From NCBI GenBank assembly GCA_951406725.2, contig OX597837.1:47802001-47866000 (forward strand): a stretch of DNA of 64,000 nucleotides, read 5' to 3'. Each line of letters begins with the position of its first letter. Position 1 is the first letter of the stretch. Source of the DNA: Octopus vulgaris (Eukaryota). The position numbers and the translations under genes are program-made. Below the pieces are notes generated by a model that did no database searches, was not told the origin of the DNA, and saw only the letters and a list, made by a program, of their open reading frames with translations. Below are positions 21,685 to 33,568 of this stretch, in pieces.

Positions 21685-24660
21685 TGGAGTCTTGCATGCA
21701 TAGCAGACTTACTACCTGCAGCCTACAGTACAATGGTATTCGTTCTTTTTAGTTATCTAATACTTTCCTGATTATTCTGGCCGTGCCAAGGAGGCAAACC
21801 CTTTGTGATAGTTCTACTGGGCACTCTATTCCAATTTCTTTTATATTTCTCTTGATGCCTTCTAATACTGTCTCCAAGGACCCAAAAATAATTGGCACTA
21901 TCTTCACCTACTTCATTTTCCATAGCCAGGCTATTTCGTACTGAAGAGGGTTGTCCATATCAATTTTTTCGCCTTCCTTCTTGACTATTTGTGGGTCAGA
22001 GGAGCATTATTATTATTATTATTGTTATTATTATTATTATTATTATTTATTATTATTATTATTATTATTGAGTGAGAGAGCAGTGCATGCCATCAAAGTG
22101 ACACTTGGGTAAAATATACGAAGCCTAGTATACCCGTCTGATAAGAGAACACTAGACACATGCATCACAACCATGTGTGCGCGACATGGTGATCTCATAT
22201 CAAGATAAACAGCACATGACCTTCCAGATGGGGCGCAGTTAGAATTTTCTTCTGGTCGAGTAACCCATCCCACTCAAAAGGTCTCTGAATAAGGGTTGTT
22301 TGACGATGTTGAACGAAACACCCATGTTTCCAGAGGTGAATTATTCAAACCCCAAAGAATCCCTCTCAACACATGGCTATGATGCTTCCCCCACTACTTC
22401 TGCTCGTGATCAGAGATGCACATATCGTCAGCCACTAAAAGACATGCTCAACTGGTCAAGGTCAAACAACTGACAAGCAAATCTGTGGTATTGAGCAGAA
22501 TATTTGCTGTAGCCCATCTTTTATACCAATATTCAGTTGTCTAATTTTTCTCACGTGTTTTCACTACACTACCGAATGCAGTTCTGGTGCCTTGGGTGTG
22601 TGCTGTATTTTGTTGTGATGCTCTTATGGTTACTGTATTGAAAGTGTTTTACGTAGGATGTGTGCAGTTCCTAGCAGTGCTATTTTTTGTATGTTATATA
22701 TACTTGTCAGTCCTAGAAGTTTTGTTATGTATTTTTCAGGATATTTTTTTATCATACCTAACGCGCCTACTATGATAGGAATTGTTTCTATTTTTAGACT
22801 CCACATTCGAGTTACCTCTATTTCCAGGTCTTTGTATTTTGAAAGTTTCTCCGTTTCTTTTAGAGAAACATTGTCGATTGTTGGTATTAATACATCAATT
22901 AGAAACATTTTTTTGTTGATGATCTCTGGCCTATTGGCCTTAATTTCTCTGTCTGTGTGTATTGGCATATCCCAGAGTATGGTTGCTTTCTCATTTTCTG
23001 TAACCTTTTCTGGCACGTGCATATACCATCTTTTTCTGTTATTCCATAGTGTTGGCACAGCTTCCAGTGTATATGGGTTCCAACTCTGTCATATCTGTAA
23101 ATATATTCCTTCTTAGCCAGGACTGGGAAGCCAGAGATATGACTTATTGTTCCCTGAATATCTCCACATATTCTACAGTTTGTTGTTATATTTTTTTTCA
23201 TTACATGTTTTTGGTAATTTCTGATGGGGAGGCTTTGATCTTGTGCTGCAATTAAAAATCCTTCAGTCTCTGCTTTGAGTCCTGAGCTTCTCAGCGATTG
23301 TCAGGATTTTGTTTTGTCAATGTCTTTTTTGTTTAGTTTAACAAATTATTTGCCATAAAGGGGCTTTTCTTGCCATTGTTTTATCATGATCCGTTGCTGT
23401 TCCAGTTTTAGTTTGGATTTCAGTTGATTTACAGCTTTTGTTGTTTCTTCTTTTACTTCAGTTGTTTGATTCCATGACTTCTTTTCTGTATCTGTCATCT
23501 TCCTTAAAAACTGAAAACAGTTTTTTTTGTATTGTTCATGTTTTGTGGCTATTTGTGTTAGTTTTCCTTGCTTCTGATGTAGGTATTATTATTAGTATTA
23601 TTTACTTTTAATCTGTATGTTTGATACAATCATTTGCTGGGCAAGTGGAGGTTAAGAGATGTTGAAATATAACTGAAAGCTTGGGGAGGGAAAGTGGTGA
23701 GGACAGTAGAAAAATGTCTCCATGTAATACAACACACATTTAAATTGACAGGGTTTTCTAAGGACATGGGCAGTAGTTGTCAACAGAGTCTTAACAATTT
23801 CTTTGAGACATGCTTCTCTTGGGATGTTGTCCAGATATTTCTGACATTCCTTTGTTATCTTACCTAGGATTCCTACAATAACAGGGACAGTTTTTGCTTT
23901 AAGATGCCACATCTTTTGTATTTCAATTTCCAGGTCCTTATATTTATTAAGTTTGTCAAATTCGCTTACAGATATATTTTTTATCAGTAGTAACACTTGC
24001 GCCTCTTAGTCTACAAGTTTTTCTTCCTTGTCTTTGATAATTAAGTTTGGTCAATTACCCTCAATCATTCTATCAGTGTTGACTGGAAAATCCCAGACGA
24101 TAGTGACATTTTGTACCTTCAACGACTGGCTCAGGATGATGTTCATACCAGTTAGAAGGAGTGCCAATTTTGTAGTATTTACATATTGTCCAATGTAAAT
24201 ACTGTCTTACCCTATTGTGGATTTTTGTATTCATTTGGTGTCAGCACAGGACATCCTGAAATGAGATGGTCTATTGTTTCATCAAATGTGTTGCAGAATC
24301 TTCATTCGGGGTCAATACCATTTTGAAGAACGTTAGCCTGGTAATTTCTAGTAAGCAAGCTTTGATATTGTGCCATCAGTATGAAGCCTTGAGTCTCTGC
24401 TTGGACTGTTGCTGAGTCTACATCAACATTTTGAATTTGAAAAATATATTGTCCATGCAGGGGATTCTGGCTTCACTGCCCCTCAACTTGTTTCTACCTG
24501 TTTTTTGCAGTGTGCTTGATTCTTTTGCTTGCTTGGTAGCATTGGCTTCAGGTTCTTCATTCAATTCAGTTCCCTTGCGAATTTAGAAGCTCCTTTGACA
24601 ATAGCATATGACTTTTTATTGCTTTTATGTTCACGCACGAGTTGCAGCATCCAGCCCTCT
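21685..24660 (-). mobile_element. Cluster of R4/Dong-like LINE 3' fragments (21685-22004, 22540-23585, 23700-24660)
   Basis: ORF 22630-23058 reads ILWDMPIHTDREIKANRPEII...IDV...KETEKLSKYKDLEIEVTRMW...IPIIVGALG (PD-(D/E)xK RLE). The upstream CRICG...H is a CCHC remnant. Fragments are separated by (ATT)n. Confidence 0.88.
22070..22527 (-). mobile_element. Non-coding ~460-bp retroposed repeat ending in an (AAT)n tail
   Basis: No ORF and no clear tRNA head; directly abuts a long (ATT)n at 22006-22069 among the Dong-like fragments. Confidence 0.5.
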
Positions 24661-24836
24661 GTACTAGATAAGCACTTGTTCATCGTCGTCATCATTATTG
24701 TTTTTGTTGTTGGTGATATTGTTATTATTATTAGACAACAAGAAGAGCGTGATGCAATTTGTAATAGGGATTGTTTATTTAACGGTTTGAACAATATTTC
24801 AACAAACTGTCTGTCTTCTTCAGGTTTAAAATGTAA

Positions 24837-26770
24837 AACCCTCACCTTACTGACAGCGTCCCTGTACATGGTTTGTACAGCTCTCACTAACCATTCATCT
24901 ATCCCTAGTTTCCTCATTGACAACTAGATAAGGGATCGGGGGACCCTGTCAAAGGCTTTCTTCATGTCAACGAAAGCCAGGTACAGAGGTTTATCTTTGG
25001 CTAGGTATTTCTCCTGCAGCTGTCTTATCAGAAATAAAGCATCAGTGGTGCTTTTCCCAGGCACAAACCCAAACTACATCTCATCTAGACTGATTCTCTC
25101 CCTAATTAGTTGGGCTATGACCCTCTCTGTTACTTTCATTACCTGATCCAACAACTTGATACTTCTGTAATTATTCCCATCTAATGTGTCACCTTTACCT
25201 GGTTAACTATACAGGTGAGTAGGCTATAGCTGACACCACCAGATATTTTGAGCATCTGCGGTGATCCCTGATGGACTGGAACTTTCCCTGGCTTCAATCC
25301 CTTAATTGCTTTATCTACCAAAGTACTTTCAATTCAGATAGCTGATCCCTCTGTTGGGTTGACATTTGGCAAACTCTTTTTCTCCCATTGATTCTCTTAA
25401 TTTAGTAACTTTTGATATTGGTGTCTGCAAGTCTCTCTCCTTGCAGCCTCATTAAATGCAAGTGAGCCATCATCCATGTGGACACATTTCTTTCCTATGA
25501 CATCACGATTCTCTTTCATGCACTGTCTTGCAGCATGAAACACCTCAAGTCTTTGGTCCTCATGGTGCAGAACATTGGCAAATTTTTTATCTGCTTCCCC
25601 TCTGGTTAAATAAACCTGTCTCCTAGCTTTCCTCCTGGCAGTCTGATACATTTCCCTGCTACCACTGTTCTTCCATGTCTGTTTCTTTTCCCTAATGGCC
25701 CTGTCGACTACATTGTTCCACCACCACTACCGTGGTTTGAGAGGGGACTTTGCACCATCCACAGATCTGGTCAGTGGCCCTCAGCAGGTTGTCCTGTAAA
25801 AACCTCCAGTTGTCTTCTACATCATGTGATGCTATATCCCCTTCTATTTTGTCAAAAGCTTCGCGTAATATGTCTCTAAATCTCTGTCCATTCGCAGGAT
25901 CCTTGAGATTCCAGACCCTTCTACTCCATGCTGGTCATCTGGGCATCCATTTAGCCCTGATTCTGAAGCTGCTAACTACTAATCTATGTTGTGGGGTGCA
26001 TTCTTCACCTGGGAAGACTTTGGCATTTATAAGTAGCCATTTTTTTCCGTTTCCTGGTGAGGATGAAGTCAATTTGACTAGTGTGTCTACTAGTTAGGTA
26101 GGTGAACAGGTGACTAGCAGGTTTCCTGAAGTTAGTGTTACAAACCATAAGGTCATTTGCATCACAGAACTCCAGCAGTATGGTTCCTGCCTCATTTTGG
26201 GAACCAAAACCATAGCCTCCATGTACACCATGGAAGCCCCTTACATGTCATCCAATATGCCCATTGAAGTCACCAGCCACAAAGAGAAGGTCCCTGTCAT
26301 TCATCGACGAGGTAGTCTGCAAGAGAGTGTCATAAAATCAGTGTTTCTGTCCATCAGGTAGCCCCAGCGGAGGGGCATAGGCTGAGATAATGGTTGTAAC
26401 ACATGATGCAGCACTAATCTAATCTTAAGTATTCTATCGCAGACTCTGACTACCTCGATTACCTTACCAACCCATTTCTCCGCAAGAAGTATACCCACGC
26501 CCCCAACCCCATCAGTGTTCCCTGCCCAGAAAATCTTGTACCAATGTTCTTTGCCTGTGAGGAACCTAACAGAACCACCTCTCCACCTTACTTCTTGGAT
26601 GCAGCACAAATCTACACATCTCCATTCAAGTATCTCATCAATCTCACCAGACCTACCTTTCAGTGTGCCCACATTGAGTGTGCCGACCCTAAGGGTGTGG
26701 GAGGTGTGGGCCTATGAGAACCTGGGATGGGGGACAGCAGTGTCATATACCTGAAAAGAAAGCTCGCATT
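24837..26770 (-). mobile_element. RTE LINE 5' half (AP endonuclease, linker, start of RT), degenerate
   Basis: TLNVGTLKGRSGEI...DLCCIQEVRWRG...GVGGVGILLAEKW, then ARRKARRQVY and SMRKLGIDEWLVRAVQTMY. Confidence 0.9.
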
Positions 26771-27449
26771 TGGCAGAATTCATGTACATACAATAGTCTT
26801 CAACCTGCATACATCACACCATCATTTTTATGTGCTATATGATCACTACCTAACATAGAAGATAAACCCTAAGTAGGGATGGAGGGGCATTAAACCTTTA
26901 GAAGTGTTCATGGAAGACATCTGATAGAGGTTGGAGGATAGAGACTTCCAGTACAGGCGGTGGGAGCAGGATGGTGGGCACACCGTGAAACAGCAGAGAA
27001 ACTCAAGTTGCTGGTGTCAGAGAATATTATGATAATAGTGAGATAGAATTGGGCATTTGAAAATCTTAACTAGAACTATAACCAAGAATTTTTGGTCAGT
27101 CATCTGTGACAAAATTAGATAAATGAGTGAATAAATAACGATAATAAATGAGTGTGAAAGAGAGAGAATTGGATTGAGCGAAAGGGATCATACAGTGTGG
27201 AAGACGAAATTATGCTTGCATAGGTAATGAAATAGATAGAATAATGAAATGAACTAATGAGCTAATTATGATGATCTGTGCTGAAAGAGAAGGATTAAAG
27301 ATGTACGAGGTTGATAGAATAAGATTGCTTATCTGAACATCTTTTCTACTCTTTTGGCGAGGTGATAAAAAGTAGGGGAATCTGAGTGAGCTAGTTTATA
27401 TAGGGTGGGGTGGGGGAGGAGGTAAGTGGTTATCGAGACAAATTCTTTT

Positions 27450-28073
27450 GTGTCAGTCATTTGACTGCAGCCATGCTGGAGCACCGCCTTTAGTCGAACA
27501 AATCGACGCCAAGACTTATTCTTTGTAAGCTTAGTACTTATTCTATTGGCCTCTTTTGCAGAATCGCTAATTTACAGGGATGTGAATACACAAACGCGAG
27601 TTGTCAAGCGATGATGGTGGTGGTGGTGGTGGGGGGGGGGGAAACACACACACACATATATTTTCGATGGACTTCTTTTAGTTTCCATCTACCAAATCCA
27701 CTCACAAAGCTTTGGTCGGCCCAAAGCTATAGAAGAAATCTGTCCAAGGTGCCACGCAGTGGGATTGAACCCTAAACCATGTGGTCGGGAAGCAAGCTTC
27801 TTACCACACAGCCACTCCTGCGTCTTTTGTTCTTTTATTTGTTCCATGTTGGAGCATCGCCTTTTAGTTGAACAGATCGACCCCAGGACTTATTTTCTAA
27901 AGAGTGGTACTTATTCTCTTTTGCCAAACTGCTAAGTTACTGCAACAGACACAAAAACACACACACATATACGACAGGCTTCTTTCAATTTCTGTCTAAC
28001 AAATTCACCCACACGGCTTTAGTTAGCCCGAGGCTATAGTAGAAGACGCTTGCCGAAGATGCCACGCAATGGG
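27450..28073 (-). mobile_element. Tandem composite SINE-type repeats (CORE-like tRNA SINE plus an associated repeat)
   Basis: Minus strand aggagtggctgtgtggtaagaagcttgc...ggttcaatcccactgcgtggcaccttgg has Pol III A/B boxes. Related copies lie near 30720, 31350, 41445, 43140, 52100, 55545 and 61868. Confidence 0.75.
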
Positions 28074-28726
28074 TAAATTTATAATGGCAAGACTTACTTT
28101 TGTACCCAACAAAAACACTGAAGTTACTCCAATAGGCGTAGAAAAGTAAATCTTCGTTCATAAAATCTACATACGCTCACAGGCATATATACATACACAC
28201 GTGTATATATACATACTTACATACACGTACATATATACATGCATACACGCACATGTGCCCATGCATGCATTATGTTCATATACATATCTCTATACGCACA
28301 CACATACGCATTTACATGCATACGCGGATATACAAAACCACGCATATGCATATATATGTACAAATATTCACACATACGTATATATATACAGTCAACATCA
28401 TGTTCGCGTAGATATATAAACATCTATACAAATAAAAACACATCTCTTTACTGTTTTACTTGTTTCAGTCATTTGATTGTGACCATGCTGGAGCATCGCC
28501 TGGAAAGACTTCCTCCCCTCCACCATTTTCTCGCAAATTGAGGTTTGCGTAGAAAAAAAATTAAATAAAAAAAGGGGTGTTTTGGGGGTGGGGTACAAAA
28601 GGAAGTCTTGCCTATATATGTAACTGCCACGTGTGTTTGTTTACATTTGAAGAAGATCGTCACTCGCCGTAAAAAAATTTTTTTATATATATATGGGGGT
28701 GGGTTAGGGGTGGGAGAAAAGGGTTT

Positions 28727-28773
<47 letters not shown>

Positions 28774-28864
28774 TATAGGTTCGACTTGAATTCCTTTGAC
28801 TACGTACCTGTGTTCGATAAGAACAGATATTAGAGCTTCCGTTATTGAACAATAACACCAAGTC

Positions 28865-28962
28865 TTGCGGGTCGGAACCGGAAATGCCTTAGGTTAGTTC
28901 CCTTAGTACAACTCTCTATGCAACAGTTTACGGCGCCATTTTAAAATCGCTGTTTGTCTCCT
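28865..28962 (+). promoter_or_regulatory. CSE1L: Probable CSE1L core promoter and non-coding exon 1
   Basis: Locally CpG-rich unique sequence with ETS-like CCGGAA (~28878), YY1-like CGCCATTTT (~28934) and donor CT|gtgagt at 28963. The first coding exon starts with an acceptor only 9 nt before the ATG, so an upstream exon is needed. Confidence 0.65.
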
Positions 28963-31656
28963 GTGAGTAATTTTTAGGATTCTTTTCACAAATCTCGTTA
29001 TTTCATTCATTTTTTTATCATTTATAATTGATATTGAGCATATGTAATCTCACACATATATGTAAAGTTTCTATGTTTTTAATGCATCTGAGTAAAAATG
29101 AAAAGTGTTCTCCATCGATGTAAGTTTGGTTTGGAAATTCCTCCTCAAATGTAAAGAAAATAGTTTTAAAATCTGGCGATGGCATTTGTCAGCTGCAACT
29201 AAATGGAAGAACAAACAGGAGAGTAAGAAACTTGATGATTCGGTCAAGGCGCTTCTGCGTAGGAACGAAGAGTTGTGAATTTACATCGCAACACGTTTCT
29301 TGGTCAACTTCTATGAACAGACGAAGGAACCGGTGACTTGCTAGAAACAAGGGTCAAATCTTTAAGTCACTGCCATCATTGCGAAAACCTGTGATCCTAG
29401 ATAAATAAATTCGTCATGGCTGGAACATCTTTCGCTGTAGATCTCTGTCAAGTTTGACACCGGGGCTAAATAGCGATAGCAACAACTACTGAAAGTTCCA
29501 ACACATTTCAGTGCCCCCACCATTGCTACCCAGCATCATAGCATCCTTAGGCGCTTCGGCAACGCCATCGCAAACATTATCGCAAAGAAATATCCAGCAG
29601 AAGGAATACATGGGAAAAAGTAAACGGAAATTGGAGAAAATATTTCAGATCTTTGCAGATGTCGTGATTCGTTTTGAAATGTAGGGTCATAACGGAGTGG
29701 CGCCTTCAATTGAGTAGATGCTGATATATAACTGGTTTATATTTTATTAATTCTTGGGATTTAGTCAGTTTTTGTATTTCGTCTTTTCGGAAGTGGAATG
29801 TCGATAAAATCAAGTTCCAGTCAAGAATGGTGGATTGTCGGAATTTTTAGGGCGCTGACGAGATTTTTTTTTCTTTTTATCTTTTTGGTCATGAGGGAAG
29901 GCACTGTTCATGTCCCTCCAAGATTGGTGTGAGACTTGGACTGAATGCCTCGAAGGTGTTCGGTGGTGGTGTTAAACCCAGTGATAAATTACTTCTTACC
30001 ATCTAGTTACATTGTAATATTTATTTCAGCTATTTGTGTACTGTATTCTTGGCTGGTAGACTTAGTCTTGTCTGTTAGTTTTTATACAACCTGGCCATTG
30101 TGTGCTTTTAACGGAGCTCATTCTTTCACAAGCATTTGGTCCAGGACCTAAGCTTAAGGATAATTCCTATTCTTCCCGCTATCAATCTTGGAGTGTTGCC
30201 ATTCCTTCTATGCTTTATTTCCTTGCAGATTTTCAATGCCCCACGTTCCTTCACTGCTGACATACTTCTTATTTCTTTGAAAGTCTTTTCTTGAAACATC
30301 AGTATGTACATTTCTGCTCATGACACAAACTTCATTTATTTTATGAATCTTAAAGTGTGTTTCACTTAAATATTGTGTACATCCAAATTTAATTTTAACT
30401 TGAAACTTCTTTCCAATTTCTTCTTGTTCTTTGATATAACACATTTTTCTTTTCAAAAGAAAATTGTAAATATCCTAAATAATTTTTTCTTTGAAAAATG
30501 CCTTTCGGTTCTGATAAGTCAACTTAAATTTAAAGAGTTTAAATATGATGACAACTGAAAGTGAAATAAGCTTGTAAAGTTCAACTATAGCTATATATCA
30601 GTCAGAAATTAGATAAAATGCAGAGGAACACTCATTTTTAGCATTAAAAAAATATCAGTTAACTGTAGATAGTTTTTACTTTTTCAATGCAGTCAGTCTC
30701 AAAGAAGACTTAAAGTTTTTGATAGGCTTCTTTCAGTTTCCACCTACCAAACCCATTCAAGGCTTTGGTCAGTGTGGGGTTATAGTACAAGACACTTGTC
30801 CAAGGTACCAAACAGTGAGACTGAACACTGTACTATATGATTGGGAAGCAAATTTCTTACCACTCAGTCAGGCCTGTGCATTTTATGAAGAAATGTTTTG
30901 CCAAGAATGGTGAATCTTGGACATTTTTCAGCTGCATTCTCTATTCACTAATTTCAGAGTGTAGTGTATGACAAGGTAGATTTAACTATTCTAGCAAGCG
31001 AGGCAACCACTTAGAATCTCCCTCATTAGAATTTCAGTATTAAAATTATCATCATCATCATTTAATATCTACCGTAATATATTATTTACCTACAGCTGAG
31101 AATTTTTCTCAACACAAATTAAAAGCATTTTTCTTTTTCCACAAATCAACTGGAAATTGCCATTTGAAGCAATGCTTAAAGTCATTCAGATAATCCCAGA
31201 TCAAACACAAATTAGTCCAATAATGATGATTGATTGATTTTTGAATAGGATAGCTTCTAGTTACATCCAGAAGTTCTTAATTACACAACCACAGTTGCAA
31301 CTAAAGAGCTAATAACTACTTATAAAAGAAACTTAAAATTAAGGAACAGACACGGCTGTGTGCTTAAGAGGCTCTCTTTTCAACCATATAGTTTCAGGTT
31401 CCATCCCACTGAGGTGCACATTGAATAAATATTTTCTACTACAACCATGGTTGACCAGTATCTTGTATGGAAGCTTGTTGTGTATGTCTGCATATCTTTA
31501 CATTGATACTGCTTGAGTAGCAATGGTGTTTGCATTCTGTAGCTTGGCCATTCAGCATATGAAGACATGGTATAAAGTTAAGTGTTTTTTTAACAACTTT
31601 ATTGTTTTCCCTCTCACAATTTTGTTTACTCTCTTCTCTAATTTCAGATATCCACA

Positions 31657-31741
31657 ATGGAGGTGACTGAAGGAAATTTAATCACCCTTGCTAATTATCT
31701 CCAAGAAACTTTAAGCTCAGATGTCACTACCAGACGTAAAG
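31657..31741 (+). CDS. CSE1L: Exportin-2 (CSE1L/CAS) coding exon 1
   Basis: Acceptor tttcag ends at 31647; ATG at 31657; encodes MEVTEGNLITLANYLQETLSSDVTTRRK plus 1 nt; GT donor at 31742. Resembles the exportin-2 N-terminus (MELSDANLQTLTEYLKKTL...). Confidence 0.93.
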
Positions 31742-33568
31742 GTTGGTTTATTGTGGCTTTTGCAAAGAAATAATAATAGAAAACAGTAGATTTGAGAAGA
31801 TGCTAATTATCTGATTAGAAGAAACATCACAAAATATGTGCTGATTGACCTTCAGCCAGTCCTGTGATGAGGAGCGTGAAAGATATTTCACTCCTTCTTG
31901 AGCACATTCACTGAAGCAAGACGTTTGATGGGTTCATGTAACAGGTACAACATGGTAACAAAGTCATATTTTGGTCTCTGTTGAACCATAATAAATATGT
32001 ACTGATTCCAAGCAGATATGTTTGGTTTCCAAGCAGTATCTTGCTGATCTGTTTGCAAGAAGCAGTGGACTTTGATGCCCTCCTTAATGGTCTGCTGCAA
32101 TTCTCTGCTGAAAATACAGTGCTGTGTAAAGTCAATTTCAGTTGAAGAGGCATATACATTTAGCTACTGTGTGAGAGGAAAATTGTCAGGACTGGATGGT
32201 CTGGCCTACCAGCTTCATTACTACATATCATACACTATTTCCTTGGCAGTTACTAACTGCAGCTGGCAGCATTCTGAGTCATATAAGCTGGGGAAGTTTG
32301 CTGCTGCTGAAGAATGGATCTATGAGAGACAATTTCAGGCTTATGTTAACATTTTTCCATAGTGTAGTTGGAGCCATGCAAACTTGTGTGTGTGATCCCT
32401 GATGGATCTATCCACAGCAGTCTCCAATTTGATGCCTGTCAGATGGAATTGAGAATAGATATATACACTCATTTACTATCTGTGCATTTGTAGCCTTGTG
32501 AGCTTGTGCCAATTAGTTGTCGTGTATGACAGATTTGGCGATGCTTGATATACAAAATGAAAAACTGACCTGGAGCTAAACAGCAACTATTGGTATAGTT
32601 AAATCTATTGTGAAGATTGACTTGCTACCTTGTTTTGGCAACAAAAAATGGTTAGATGAAGCAGGTGTGTGATGAAAGGCTTTTCGGCCATCACCATCTT
32701 TTTGAGGGCATCTAATATATTACTGGCTTATTTAAAGATGGCATAATTTGTGGGAGATTATCTTTATTTCTAGGTGGTTTAGTAACTACATAGAGGGTCC
32801 CTTATTGGTGAGGCTGTTAAACTGCAGGGACACGAGTGAACCATTATCTTCATATATCCTAGGTGTTTATCAATCTGATGGAGTCCATCCCTCTCCAATT
32901 GACACCCACAAGAGAAGTTGTAGGTAACTCAGTACTAATAGCCAACAGATCACTTGTCAATTTTACTTTGTTGACACTGTGTATTTTAACAGCTACATGG
33001 GCAGCTAGGCAACAGGTATACTTGCTTAAGGGTGATGATCAGAAGTATGAAGTGTTTGGGATTGTGAGTCAGAGTGTTGCGAATGTGAGGTACATGTGGA
33101 ATGATGAAGGGGTATTCGTCATTGTGGGCAACAAGAAAGTAGCATAGAAGTGCTATTTTGAGAAGCTGCTGAATTTAGAGGATGCATGGAGTAAAGAGGA
33201 GTTTCCTTATGCTGATTCTATAAAGAGATCAGTGGATACAGTAATTAAGGATATGAAGAGAAAGAAAGGGTCCATCAAATTTGGTTGCAAAGATGCTTAA
33301 AATATCTGATGAGGTACAAAACATGAATCAAGTTAGATCCAACCGTGTCATACACAATGACTGGTATAGCAGTATCATTGTAAATTGCTACAATAACAAA
33401 AGAGATGTCTTAGAGAGAGGAAATTGTAGAAGAATCAAACTATTGGATCAGGTTATGAAAGTCATGGCTAGAGTCATAGCACAATTGATCTGAAATGCAA
33501 TTTGACTTCATGCCTGGAAGAAGTACCACAAATGCAGTCTTTCTGGTAAGGCAACTGAAGGAGAAATA

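Noticed and set aside
31860-31920. Possible intronic C/D snoRNA (GTGATGA...hairpin...CTGA)
   Set aside because: Only ~50 nt between the boxes, a weak terminal stem, and no antisense guide I can identify; needs snoscan or small-RNA data.
32072-32560. Possible Tx1/L1-like RT remnant (GKLSGLDGLAYQL), with a similar hint at 62032-62330
   Set aside because: Too degenerate to assign with confidence.
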